From positions 1 through 56,783 of the forward strand of contig CBFGKH010000007.1 in assembly GCA_965649295.1 (NCBI GenBank): a DNA stretch of 56,783 nt, given 5' to 3'. The translations under genes and the position numbers were made by a program. Source of the stretch: a candidate division WOR-3 bacterium (GTDB lineage: Bacteria; Hydrothermota; Tepidihabitantia; Tepidihabitantales; Tepidihabitantaceae). Under the pieces are notes generated by a model, which worked only from the letters and a program-made list of their open reading frames with translations, searched no databases and was not told the origin of the DNA. Of the stretch, positions 27,831 through 36,682 are shown piece by piece; the first letter of the stretch is position 1; every line of letters starts with the position of its first letter.

Positions 27831-28781
27831 TCAATGTCGCAACCGATCGAGGAGGGGGCGGGCAGTTTCGATGTCGGCAGCAATCTGTTCCGTTAGTTCG
27901 GCAGGACTGGCGAATCTCCTCTCGGGTCGGATGCGGGCGATGAGTCGAAAAACTGCTGCGCTCGGCTGAGTCTGGGAGTCGTAGCCGAGCAGATGGGCTT
28001 CAATTGTTCTGGTCTCGCCACCAAATGTCGGTCGGTGACCGATGTTTACGACCGCGTCGTAATCGCGGTTGTTGACCGTCACCGAGGCGGCATAGACACC
28101 GTCGGCTGGCACGAGCGTTTCACGTTCGTACGGCCGCAGGTTGATGGTCGGAAATCCAAGGCGACGGCCTGTGCCGGTGCCGGCAACAACGGCACCGCTT
28201 AAGGCATAGTAGCGACCAAGCAGTTCTGCCGCCCGGCTGACTGCGCCGAGGAGTAGGTGTTCTCTGATTGTGGTGCTGCGGACCGGAACACCTTGCAGCA
28301 GGAACTCGGGGACAACTTCGAGCCGAATGCCAGACTCGGTAAGTAGGCTTCGCAGTAGTTCGGTATTGCCCTTGCCGCCACGGCCAAACCGATGGTCGTG
28401 ACCGACAACAACGGCAATAGGTTTGAGGGCAGCAATTACATGGGTCTGGACGAAATCGCTTGGTTCAAGGTCACGCGTTGCCGAATCAAAGCGAACAACG
28501 TGAACGAGGTTGACTCCTAGGTCTGTGAGCAACCGGGTTTTCTCGGCAAGTGGTGTCAGGACGTAGGTGAAATCAGGGTAGATGAGCTGAGCCGGTAGAG
28601 GGTCAAATGTGAGGACAGCGAGGGTTGTGCCTGCTTCGGTGGCGATGGCATGGCCACGTCTGATGAGCTGCTGATGTCCAAGGTGGACACCGTCGAACGA
28701 ACCGATGGCAACTACTGGTCGTTGGTCAGGACTAGTCAGCGTAGACAATGCGTTCAGGTTGTAGGTAACGATCGCCGCCAT
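27831..28781 (-). CDS. ribF: Bifunctional riboflavin kinase/FAD synthetase
   Basis: GSFDGVHLGH, VGHDHRFG, GRRLGFPTINL, NIGHRPTF and IEAH. The true start may be TTG 28748. Confidence 0.95.
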   Translation of the reverse strand: MAAIVTYNLNALSTLTSPDQRPVVAIGSFDGVHLGHQQLIRRGHAIATEAGTTLAVLTFDPLPAQLIYPDFTYVLTPLAEKTRLLTDLGVNLVHVVRFDSATRDLEPSDFVQTHVIAALKPIAVVVGHDHRFGRGGKGNTELLRSLLTESGIRLEVVPEFLLQGVPVRSTTIREHLLLGAVSRAAELLGRYYALSGAVVAGTGTGRRLGFPTINLRPYERETLVPADGVYAASVTVNNRDYDAVVNIGHRPTFGGETRTIEAHLLGYDSQTQPSAAVFRLIARIRPERRFASPAELTEQIAADIETARPLLDRLRH

Positions 28782-29640
28782 TGACGACGGCTAAGAAACG
28801 GTCGTCAGTGGTGTGGGCGAGGAGTCGGCCTGGGCAGTTGCCATTGGTTAGTACTCGCTGGCCGCGCAGTAACCGGGTGGCACCGTCGGCGTCTATTTCA
28901 ACCCGGGGCCAGTCGGCCAGAGCGTCGGGGATAGAAACGAGCCGATCAGGAATGGTAGCAGTGGAGAGAGTCGCAAGTGACACTGCTTGGTCGAGCGTGA
29001 AGATACCGACTTTCGTGCGGGTTAGTTCCTCGAGCGTGGCGGGAACAGCCAGAGCGATGCCGATGTCGCGGGCAAGAGCGCGGATGTAGGTGCCGGATGA
29101 TACGCGGCAGCGAAGCTGCAGCCTTGGCGTCTGCCAGGCCAGCAGTTGGAGGGAATGTATCGTCACTCGCCGCGGCCGAGTTACAACTGGCTGGCCGGCG
29201 CGGGCGAGCTTGTACTGCGACTGGCCTTGCTGTTTGATGGCCGCAAAGGCCGGCGGGGTCTGCTCAATAGTGCCGACAAACTGACCGAGAGTCGCAGTCA
29301 GTCTATCAGTACCGATGTCAGGGACCGGAGCCTGTTCGATGACCTGACCGGTGATATCGTCGGCATCTGTCCGGATGCCGAAGCGTACGACTGCGTGGTA
29401 CTCCTTGTCGGAATCCATTAGAAAACGGCTGACCTTGGTCGCAGCGCCGATGAGGATGAGCAACAGGCCCTGGGCGAGTGGGTCGAGCGTTCCGGCGTGC
29501 CCCAGTCTAGTACGGGGTGGAACAAGGGGCCTGAGCTGACGGATTACGTCATAAGATGAGATGCCGGAAGGCTTGCTAACCGGCAGTACACCACGCCAGC
29601 GGCGTTGATTGCCAGTGGTCTTGCTACTGACCGCGGTCAC
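28732..29640 (-). CDS. truB: tRNA pseudouridine(55) synthase
   Basis: KPSGISS, GHAGTLDPLA and SGTYIRAL. Confidence 0.96.
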   Translation of the reverse strand: MTAVSSKTTGNQRRWRGVLPVSKPSGISSYDVIRQLRPLVPPRTRLGHAGTLDPLAQGLLLILIGAATKVSRFLMDSDKEYHAVVRFGIRTDADDITGQVIEQAPVPDIGTDRLTATLGQFVGTIEQTPPAFAAIKQQGQSQYKLARAGQPVVTRPRRVTIHSLQLLAWQTPRLQLRCRVSSGTYIRALARDIGIALAVPATLEELTRTKVGIFTLDQAVSLATLSTATIPDRLVSIPDALADWPRVEIDADGATRLLRGQRVLTNGNCPGRLLAHTTDDRFLAVVNGGDRYLQPERIVYAD

Positions 29641-30023
29641 TGAGTCTCGGATTCGGTTGAGGACGATTCGGTTGATTCGGGTCTGTCCTGGTGCATTTCA
29701 GCGATTATTTCATTGATGCGAATCTCCTCGGCCACAATCGAGTCCTGGGCAAATCGCAGTTCAGGTAAGTAGCGAAATTTTACTTTCTGGCCAAGGCGAT
29801 AGCGGATGAACTTGGTGGCGTGAATGAGGTGGGTTGCTGCTTCCTGCTGACGTTGGGCGTCGCCCAGGGCAGTGAAATAGACAGTCGCATGTTTGAGGTC
29901 GCGGGTTATGTGACAACGGGTTATTGTTACAAATCCGACCTTGGGGTCGGCGATTTCGGTGGTCACAATTTCGGCGACTGTGTCTTTGATTGCGTCGGCA
30001 ACTCGCTTGTCCCGGTGGTGCAT
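29637..30023 (-). CDS. rbfA: Ribosome-binding factor A
   Basis: DPKVGFVTIT, DLKHATVY and RYLPELRF. Start placed at ATG 30023. Confidence 0.94.
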   Translation of the reverse strand: MHHRDKRVADAIKDTVAEIVTTEIADPKVGFVTITRCHITRDLKHATVYFTALGDAQRQQEAATHLIHATKFIRYRLGQKVKFRYLPELRFAQDSIVAEEIRINEIIAEMHQDRPESTESSSTESETQ

Positions 30024-30028
30024 AACCA

Positions 30029-30057
30029 ATTGTAAGAATCCGGTCAGGACCTGTAAA
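30029..30057 (-). promoter_or_regulatory. rbfA operon promoter, probably leaderless
   Basis: TTTACA-N17-TACAAT-N5-ATG. Confidence 0.7.
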
Positions 30058-30074
30058 GCTCCGCGGCGGTGAGG

Positions 30075-30102
30075 TTGACATGGTGGGGGCGAGACATATG
30101 AT
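30075..30102 (+). promoter_or_regulatory. DUF3108 operon promoter, probably leaderless
   Basis: TTGACA-N16-TATGAT-N6-GTG. Confidence 0.75.
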
Positions 30103-30108
30103 GTGGCC

Positions 30109-30780
30109 GTGATTGCGGTTTTGGCTTTATTGCTGGCAGCGGTGACCCCGGGTGAGCGGCTGATCTATGATGTGCGTTACGGTCCTCTCGCTGTCGGCAG
30201 CTTGGCCCTTGAGGTGATGGGACGAGATACGATTGATACGGTCGAATGTTGGCACCTCCGGGCTGATCTTGAACTGGTGCGTTCGTTGTCGTGGGTCTTC
30301 TGGGCCAACTATCGGCTTGAGAGCTGGTGCCGCACTCGAGACTTCGTGACGCTTCGTTCCTATAAACGGACGCAGGAGCCTCGCTACAAGGCGACCTGGG
30401 TTGGGCAGTACCAACCAGAAAACGGCCAGGCCGTCTATTCGGACGGCAAGTGCTATCCGTTGGCTGATTCGGCCCGCGACGTGCTTACTCTCTGGTACTA
30501 CTTCCGCAATCGCAAGATTGCTGTCGGTGAAACCTTGGTTGCCGCAGTCCACGATTCTCGGCGTAATTATCTTCTTACAGCGGTCGTCAGTAGCGTGCGG
30601 CGGGTCACTGTGCCGGCCGGAATTTTTGATTGCATTGCTGTGAATCCGCGCGCGGGCACGCCGCTCGGCAGTGTCTATGTCTCGACTGACGATGAGCGGC
30701 TGCCAGTAGTGATTCGGACACGGTTCGGCGGTCTGATAGTCAGTGCGTTGTTGCGCCGAGTTGAGGTCAGGGAGGGTTAA
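30109..30780 (+). CDS. DUF3108 family secreted protein
   Basis: Signal peptide, GERLIYDVRYG, VTVPAGIFDC and TDDERLPV. Confidence 0.75.
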   Translation: MIAVLALLLAAVTPGERLIYDVRYGPLAVGSLALEVMGRDTIDTVECWHLRADLELVRSLSWVFWANYRLESWCRTRDFVTLRSYKRTQEPRYKATWVGQYQPENGQAVYSDGKCYPLADSARDVLTLWYYFRNRKIAVGETLVAAVHDSRRNYLLTAVVSSVRRVTVPAGIFDCIAVNPRAGTPLGSVYVSTDDERLPVVIRTRFGGLIVSALLRRVEVREG

Positions 30781-30781
30781 G

Positions 30782-31849
30782 GTGAGTGTCTATGCCGTGA
30801 TTCTGTGCGGTGGACGAGGCGAACGGTTCTGGCCGAAGAGTCGCAGTAGTTTCCCGAAACAGTTTATCAGTCTTTTCGGCCAGCGTTCGCTCACGCAGGC
30901 AACGAGTGACCGCATTCGGTCACTCTGTCCGCCAGAGCGGCAGTTGCTGCTGGCTTCGCCGCAATTCGCTCAGATTCTGCAGGAGCAATTGCCGAATGTC
31001 CCGGTGCTATTCGAGCCGCATGGTCGTAACACGGCACCGGCAATCGGTCTTGCTGCTGCTTGGCTGGCAGCAAGAAGCCCAGACGCAACGATGATAGTAC
31101 TACCTGCCGACCACCTTATTGAGAAGCGGCGTGAATTTCTCGCTGCGGTCAGGCTGGCGGTCAGACTGGCCCAAAAAGGTCTGCTGGTGACATTTGGCAT
31201 CAGGCCGACCAGGCCGGATACCGGTTACGGTTATATCAAGTTAGGCAGGCGGATTGCTGGCACCGGGAAACTGACCGGTCACGAAGTGCTCGGATTTACC
31301 GAAAAACCGGACGCCGAGAGAGCCAAGAGCTATTTGGCAGCGGGCAGCTATTGCTGGAACAGCGGGATGTTTGTCTGGCGGGTAGCCACGATACTGGCTG
31401 CCTTCAGGGAGCATCTGCCCCAGTTCGCCGCAGAGCTGGCTAAGTATCAAGCAGCGGTTGGCACGCGACGCGAATCAGCAGCACTCGATCGGCTCTACCG
31501 TGTTGCGCCGCAGCTCTCGGTTGATTACGCGATAATGGAGAAAGCGCGGAACGTTGCGGCGGTACGTGGAGCTTTTGACTGGGACGATGTCGGTTCGTGG
31601 CTAGCCCTGGCTCGACACCGGCCAAAGGACCGCTTGGGCAATGTTCACAATGGTATAGCGGTATTGCGCGACAGCCGGAATTGCATTATTGATGCCGATG
31701 TCGGTGTTATTGCCGTGCTTGGGGTTGAAGGCCTGGTCATCGTACGATCGGGTGATGGTGTGCTAGTCGCCAGCCAGAATGCATTGGGCAGCATCAAGGA
31801 CCTGCTTAGTGACATTCGGGCACACCCCAAAGCTAGAGCAACTCTGTGA
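30782..31849 (+). CDS. manC: Mannose-1-phosphate guanylyltransferase
   Basis: ILCGGRGERFWPKSR..FPKQF, EPHGRNTAPA, TGYGYI, FTEKP, WNSGMF and WDDVGSW. Confidence 0.94.
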   Translation: MSVYAVILCGGRGERFWPKSRSSFPKQFISLFGQRSLTQATSDRIRSLCPPERQLLLASPQFAQILQEQLPNVPVLFEPHGRNTAPAIGLAAAWLAARSPDATMIVLPADHLIEKRREFLAAVRLAVRLAQKGLLVTFGIRPTRPDTGYGYIKLGRRIAGTGKLTGHEVLGFTEKPDAERAKSYLAAGSYCWNSGMFVWRVATILAAFREHLPQFAAELAKYQAAVGTRRESAALDRLYRVAPQLSVDYAIMEKARNVAAVRGAFDWDDVGSWLALARHRPKDRLGNVHNGIAVLRDSRNCIIDADVGVIAVLGVEGLVIVRSGDGVLVASQNALGSIKDLLSDIRAHPKARATL

Positions 31850-32448
31850 AGCTGCTGCTGGCAACACGGAACCCAGGCAAGCTGGCCGAGATGCGCGAGA
31901 TGCTGGACGGCATCGGCTGGGAGGTGTTGACGCTTGCCGACCTCCCAGATCTGCCAGTGGTGGAAGAGACCGGCAGCAGTTTTGTCGAGAACGCCTGCCT
32001 CAAGGCGCGGGCTGCTGCTCAGGCAACTCGGATTTGGACCCTGGCTGAAGACGCCGGGCTGGAAGTTGATGCGCTGGGCGGCGAACCTGGCGTCCATTCT
32101 GCCCGCTATGCTGGCGAAGGCGCTAGTGACCGAGATCGGATTCATAAGCTGCTTACCCGCATTGTGGCTGTTCCTGACGAGAAACGGACTGCTCGGTTTC
32201 GCTGCGTCATCTGTCTTATCAGTCCTGCCGGGCAGGAATACCTGTTCGAGGGTGTCTGTGAAGGCAAGATTGCCCACCATGCTCGCGGCCATTACGGTTT
32301 CGGCTATGACCCGGTTTTTATTCCCGAAGGCCACTCCCGCACTTTTGGCGAACTTGGTATTGGTGTCAAGAGACAACTGAGCCACCGGGCCAAGGCATTG
32401 GCCCAGGTAATTGAGTTCCTAAAGAATCAGGTCAACAGTTCGCTCTAG
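31846..32448 (+). CDS. rdgB: dITP/XTP pyrophosphatase (Ham1 family)
   Basis: ATRNPGK, EDAGL, PGVHSARY, GFGYDPVF and SHR. Confidence 0.95.
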   Translation: MKLLLATRNPGKLAEMREMLDGIGWEVLTLADLPDLPVVEETGSSFVENACLKARAAAQATRIWTLAEDAGLEVDALGGEPGVHSARYAGEGASDRDRIHKLLTRIVAVPDEKRTARFRCVICLISPAGQEYLFEGVCEGKIAHHARGHYGFGYDPVFIPEGHSRTFGELGIGVKRQLSHRAKALAQVIEFLKNQVNSSL

Positions 32449-32467
32449 TGCTGGCGGTTTTGTTTGG

Positions 32468-32495
32468 TTGACTTCTCGGGCGAGTGGCCTATAGT
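32468..32495 (+). promoter_or_regulatory. Promoter for tRNA-Pro and tRNA-Arg
   Basis: TTGACT-N16-TATAGT. Confidence 0.6.
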
Positions 32496-32574
32496 AACGG
32501 CGAGGCGACAGTTTCTGTGTTCGGCTTGGCATTCGAAGCTGTCGCTTCGAGGTCAGCTTGTCAATTCAGGTGTT

Positions 32575-32649
32575 CGGGGAGTAGCGCAGCCCGGTTAGCG
32601 CACCACGCTTGGGACGTGGGGGTCGCAGGTTCGAATCCTGTCTCCCCGA
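32575..32649 (+). tRNA. tRNA-Pro(TGG)
   Basis: CGGGGAG/TCCCCG acceptor region; anticodon arm CCACG-CT-TGG-GA-CGTGG. Confidence 0.96.
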
Positions 32650-32740
32650 TTGGGAATCAGCTAGGGGTTCAAGGTCTCTGGCGGCTGGCTATTCGGCAGT
32701 CACGGGGGCCATTGAACCGCTGGCTCAATCTATCAAGTCG

Positions 32741-32814
32741 GCGCCTGTAGCTCAGTTGGACAGAGCATCGGATTTCTAATCCGATGGTCGGGGGTTCGAA
32801 TCCCTCCAGGCGCG
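32741..32814 (+). tRNA. tRNA-Arg(TCT)
   Basis: GCGCCTG/CAGGCGC; anticodon arm TCGGA-TT-TCT-AA-TCCGA. Confidence 0.97.
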
Positions 32815-33316
32815 CCTGCAGCATCACTAGCCGCAGGTTCAGCGGTGGAGCCTAATCCGGTTGGTTTTATCGTCGGCAGTGATGGCGAGCTCGTTTGCTA
32901 GTGGGGATGGGAGTACGCAGTTCGGGTCAGAGTTTAGGGTAGAGCATGATGGGTGGCTGGGAGAATCGTTGGTGGAGCCGCCACATGAGTTTTCCACGGG
33001 AGCCACCACCGAGCAGTCCTGGGCAGAGCCAGCCGAAGGACTCACCTAGTTATTGACCAAGTAATCGCGTGAGCAACTCGGGCGATGGTTCTGCCAGTAG
33101 TCTGTTCAACGGCCATCCGAGCGGCGGTCTAGGCCGCTGCAGGGATTATTGGCCGGATTACTGGGATGGCCACCCGGGGGACGCCCTGGGGAAGTTTGGT
33201 CTGTTTCATATAACACTATGACAGAGTAACGGTTGTGATGGCTGGGGCTGCTATAGGGCTGTGTCCTAACTTTATACTCCAAACATCGTGAGCGTTGTCT
33301 GTGGCTGTTTTCATTC

Positions 33317-33344
33317 TTGACCTGACGGTCTTTTGGGGTATAGT
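33317..33344 (+). promoter_or_regulatory. Promoter for the Thr-Tyr-Gly tRNA cluster
   Basis: TTGACC-N16-TATAGT. Confidence 0.65.
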
Positions 33345-33374
33345 TCAAGGGAACGGTTGGATTATGGTAATGCT

Positions 33375-33447
33375 GCCGACATAGCTCAGTTGGTAGAGCA
33401 GCGGTTTTGTAAACCGCAGGTCGTGGGTTCGAATCCCTCTGTCGGCT
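33375..33447 (+). tRNA. tRNA-Thr(TGT)
   Basis: GCCGACA/TGTCGGC; anticodon arm GCGGT-TT-TGT-AA-ACCGC. Confidence 0.97.
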
Positions 33448-33467
33448 GAATTGCGCAGCGGTTCTAG

Positions 33468-33551
33468 GGACGGGTACCCGAGTGGCCAAAGGGGGCAGAC
33501 TGTAAATCTGCTGGCTTTACGCCTACGGAGGTTCAAATCCTTCCCCGTCCA
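33468..33551 (+). tRNA. tRNA-Tyr(GTA)
   Basis: GGACGGG/CCCGTCC; GCAGA-CT-GTA-AA-TCTGC; long variable arm. Confidence 0.97.
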
Positions 33552-33638
33552 TTTGGTTCGCAGCCTTACGACGCGGCGGACCCGACATAGTTCGCGCCCG
33601 CAGCCACTGCTACCGGTTCGCGGGCTATGTGTGAGCTT

Positions 33639-33709
33639 GCGGGCGTGGTGTAGCGGTAGCACAACAGCCTTCCAAGCTGTTTGCGAGGGTTCGACTCCCT
33701 TCGCCCGCT
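33639..33709 (+). tRNA. tRNA-Gly(TCC)
   Basis: GCGGGCG/CGCCCGC; ACAGC-CT-TCC-AA-GCTGT. Confidence 0.97.
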
Positions 33710-33872
33710 CCTGTCCAAAGCGTCGGATGGCGCCGGTATCGCGCTCTTGGGCCGAGTTTCGGCCCGGGCGTTGTCGGACAGCCTGTTGCACAGGTGCTGC
33801 TGCCTGGCGCCTGTTGTGACATGCGTGCGTAAGCGGCCATTTGAGCCGCCGCACGCTGTTTGCATTTAGTAT

Positions 33873-33900
33873 TTGACATGGCGTGGCTTGTTTCTATAAT
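33873..33900 (+). promoter_or_regulatory. Promoter for tRNA-Thr(GGT)-tuf and the downstream operon
   Basis: TTGACA-N16-TATAAT followed by a GC-rich discriminator (GCACTGCGCC). Confidence 0.8.
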
Positions 33901-33916
33901 GCACTGCGCCATAGAC

Positions 33917-33989
33917 GCCCATGTAGCTCAGTCGGCAGAGCACTTCCTTGGTAAGGAAGAGGTCGCCGGTTCGATTCCGGCCGTGGGCT
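33917..33989 (+). tRNA. tRNA-Thr(GGT)
   Basis: GCCCATG/CGTGGGC; CTTCC-TT-GGT-AA-GGAAG. Confidence 0.97.
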
Positions 33990-34061
33990 TGGTATGGCCG
34001 GCTTGACGAGGCTAACCGTCTTTGATAACCAGCAGCTAAGTCTGTAAGGAGGAACCGTAAA

Positions 34062-35261
34062 ATGGCGAAGGCCAAGTTCGAACGGACAAAGCCCCACGTC
34101 AACGTTGGCACCATCGGTCACGTGGACCATGGCAAGACGACGCTGACTGCGGCTATCACGAAGGTGCTCGAAAAGAAAGGTCTGGCGACGTATGTGACGT
34201 ATGACCAGATTGCCAAGGCGAGCGAGTCGCAGGGTCGCCGCGACGAGACGAAAATTCTGACCATCGCCATCTCGCACCAGGAGTATCAGAGCGAGAAGCG
34301 GCACTACGCGCACATCGACTGCCCGGGCCACGCCGACTACATCAAGAACATGATTACCGGCGCTGCCCAGATGGATGGCGCAATCCTGGTTGTTTCGGCC
34401 GCTGACGGTCCGATGCCGCAGACAACCGAACACGTGCTGCTGGCAAGGCAGGTCAACGTTCCGGCAATGGTGGTCTATCTGAACAAGGTCGATCTGGTTG
34501 ATGACCCGGAGCTGATTGACCTCGTTGAGCTAGAGATTCGCGATATCCTCAAGAAGTATGGTTTCGACGGCGAGAAGACGCCGATTGTGCGCGGCAGCGC
34601 CCTCAAGGCATTGCAGGGCTCGCCGGAGGACGAGGAATCAATTCTCAAGCTCGTCCAGGCGCTGGATGAGCACATTCCGGAGCCGGTGCGCGAGATTGAC
34701 AAGCCGTTCCTGATGCCGGTCGAGGATATCTTCACGATTACCGGGCGCGGTACGGTTGTTACCGGTCGGGTCGAACGTGGGATTCTGAAGGCAGGCGAGG
34801 AAGTTGAGATTATCGGTTTCGGCAAGCACGACAAGGTGGTAGTGACCTCGGTTGAGATGTTCCGCAAGGTGCTCGACGATGCCCGGGCTGGGGACAATGT
34901 CGGACTCCTGTTGCGGGGCGTGGCCAAGGATGACGTTGAGCGCGGAATGGTTATCGCCAAGCCGGGTTCAATCAAGCCCCACAAAAAGTTCAAGGGCGAG
35001 GTTTACGTGTTGACCAAGGAAGAAGGTGGTCGGCACACTCCGTTCTTCCCGGGATATCGGCCGCAGTTCTATATCCGGACGACTGACGTGACTGGCAGTT
35101 GTGCCCTGCCGCCGGGTGTCGAAATGGTGATGCCTGGTGACCACGTGACGATGGACATCGAGCTGATCAGCGAGGTTGCGCTGGAGCAGAACTCGAAGTT
35201 TGCCATTCGTGAAGGCGGTCGGACGGTCGGGGCCGGCACCGTCATTCAAATCGTCGAGTAG
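34062..35261 (+). CDS. tuf: Elongation factor Tu
   Basis: [21 protein letters not shown] and [11 protein letters not shown]. Confidence 0.99.
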   Translation: MAKAKFERTKPHVNVGTIGHVDHGKTTLTAAITKVLEKKGLATYVTYDQIAKASESQGRRDETKILTIAISHQEYQSEKRHYAHIDCPGHADYIKNMITGAAQMDGAILVVSAADGPMPQTTEHVLLARQVNVPAMVVYLNKVDLVDDPELIDLVELEIRDILKKYGFDGEKTPIVRGSALKALQGSPEDEESILKLVQALDEHIPEPVREIDKPFLMPVEDIFTITGRGTVVTGRVERGILKAGEEVEIIGFGKHDKVVVTSVEMFRKVLDDARAGDNVGLLLRGVAKDDVERGMVIAKPGSIKPHKKFKGEVYVLTKEEGGRHTPFFPGYRPQFYIRTTDVTGSCALPPGVEMVMPGDHVTMDIELISEVALEQNSKFAIREGGRTVGAGTVIQIVE

Positions 35262-35269
35262 CAGTCGTA

Positions 35270-35416
35270 ATGCGCGTCCAGGTCACGCTTGCCTGCGGCG
35301 AGTGCAAGAATCGGAACTACCACTCGTCGAAGAATAAGAAGAAGACCGAACGCCTCGAGTTGAAGCGTTACTGTCCGGCGTGCCGCAAGCACACCGTGCA
35401 CAAGGAGGTCAAATAG
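35270..35416 (+). CDS. rpmG: 50S ribosomal protein bL33, zinc-binding form, 48 aa
   Basis: Manual translation [48 protein letters not shown]. Not in the ORF track. Confidence 0.96.
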   Translation: MRVQVTLACGECKNRNYHSSKNKKKTERLELKRYCPACRKHTVHKEVK

Positions 35417-35487
35417 GCCAGTAGCTCTAACGGCAGAGCGGCGGACTCCAAATCCGTAGGTTGGGGGTTCAAATCCCTCCTGGCCTG
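35415..35487 (+). tRNA. tRNA-Trp(CCA)
   Basis: AGGCCAG/CTGGCCT; GCGGA-CT-CCA-AA-TCCGT. Confidence 0.97.
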
Positions 35488-35496
35488 TAACATACT

Positions 35497-35691
35497 GTGA
35501 AGAAGCTCTTTCGGAAGATACGAAATTATCTGGCCGATGTCTGGTCAGAGTTACGGCGTGTTTCTTGGGTGCGGCGCAAGGAGCTGGTGACAACGACAGC
35601 GGTGGTCATTCTGTTCTCAGTGGCCCTAGCTATTTTCATCGGCGTCTTCGATTTTATCTTCTCCCGGCTATTGGAGCTGGTGCTGCGGTAG
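35497..35691 (+). CDS. secE: Preprotein translocase subunit SecE
   Basis: ELRRVSW plus one TM helix, located between tRNA-Trp and nusG. Confidence 0.92.
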   Translation: MKKLFRKIRNYLADVWSELRRVSWVRRKELVTTTAVVILFSVALAIFIGVFDFIFSRLLELVLR

Positions 35692-35707
35692 CGGGCCGGT
35701 AAGAAGC

Positions 35708-36232
35708 GTGAAGTTCTTTGTCGTCCATACCTACACCGGCCGTGAGCGCCGGGTCAAGGAACTCCTGGAACGGGCGGTGGAGCGAAGCGGGCTGAAGGAG
35801 TATTTTGGCCGGATAATCATGCCGGCGGAGAAGGTCGCCCGCGTTCGCAAGTCGAAAATCGTCACCGACGAACGGCGGCTCTATCCGGGTTACATTGTTG
35901 TAGAGATGGAGCCGACTGAGCAGGCGCTGGCGTTGGTCAATTCAATTCCGGGTGTGACGCACCTACTCGGAACCAAGCTCGAGCCGCTGCCGCTCTCCGA
36001 GGACGAGGTTGCCGCGATGCTGGAGCAGATTGAACGTGGTCGAGACCAGGCCGAGCCAGAAGCGCCGTTCGAGAAAGGTGAGAATGTTAAGGTGACCAAG
36101 GGGCCGTTCGCCGGTTTCACCGGCTCGGTCGATGAAATCTTCGCCGAACGCCGACGGGTGAAGGTCATCGTCACAATCTTCGGTCGGCCGACACCGATCG
36201 ACTTGGACTTTCTTGATGTCCAGCCGATCTAG
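35708..36232 (+). CDS. nusG: Transcription elongation factor NusG
   Basis: YPGYIVVEM, KOW motif GPFAGFTG and IFGRPTP. Confidence 0.97.
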   Translation: MKFFVVHTYTGRERRVKELLERAVERSGLKEYFGRIIMPAEKVARVRKSKIVTDERRLYPGYIVVEMEPTEQALALVNSIPGVTHLLGTKLEPLPLSEDEVAAMLEQIERGRDQAEPEAPFEKGENVKVTKGPFAGFTGSVDEIFAERRRVKVIVTIFGRPTPIDLDFLDVQPI

Positions 36233-36250
36233 TCTGATGGAGGAGCGAGG

Positions 36251-36682
36251 ATGGTAAAGAAGGTTGCAGCGGTCGTGCGACTTCAGATCCCGGCCGGTCA
36301 GGCAACGGCAGCTCCCCCGGTTGGCCCGGCCCTGGGCCAGCACGGTGTCAATATTGCCGAGTTCATTCGGGCCTTCAACGAGGCCACGCGCAAAGAGACA
36401 CCAGGGATGCTGATACCGGTTGTGCTGACGGTCTATTCGGATCGGAAGTTCACGTTCGTCACCAAGAGCCCTCCCGCGTCGGTACTCCTGAAGCAGGCGG
36501 CAGGCCTGGCTAAGGGTTCGGGCGAGCCGAACCGGGCCAAAGTGGGAACGGTCAGCCGCAAGGCCGTGCGGGAGATTGCCGAGCGGAAGATGAAGGACCT
36601 GAATGCCGCGTCAATTGAGGCGGCGATGAAGATTATCGAAGGTACGGCCCGGTCAATGGGCATGACGGTGGAGGAGTCATGA
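36251..36682 (+). CDS. rplK: 50S ribosomal protein uL11
   Basis: [14 protein letters not shown] and GTARSMG. Confidence 0.98.
   Translation: MVKKVAAVVRLQIPAGQATAAPPVGPALGQHGVNIAEFIRAFNEATRKETPGMLIPVVLTVYSDRKFTFVTKSPPASVLLKQAAGLAKGSGEPNRAKVGTVSRKAVREIAERKMKDLNAASIEAAMKIIEGTARSMGMTVEES

Noticed and set aside
32861..33049. 62-aa ORF after tRNA-Arg
   Set aside because: TTG start without an SD and no recognisable features.
33423..33440. U-U mismatch in the T-stem of tRNA-Thr(TGT)
   Set aside because: A single mismatch in an otherwise canonical tRNA is not evidence of a pseudogene.
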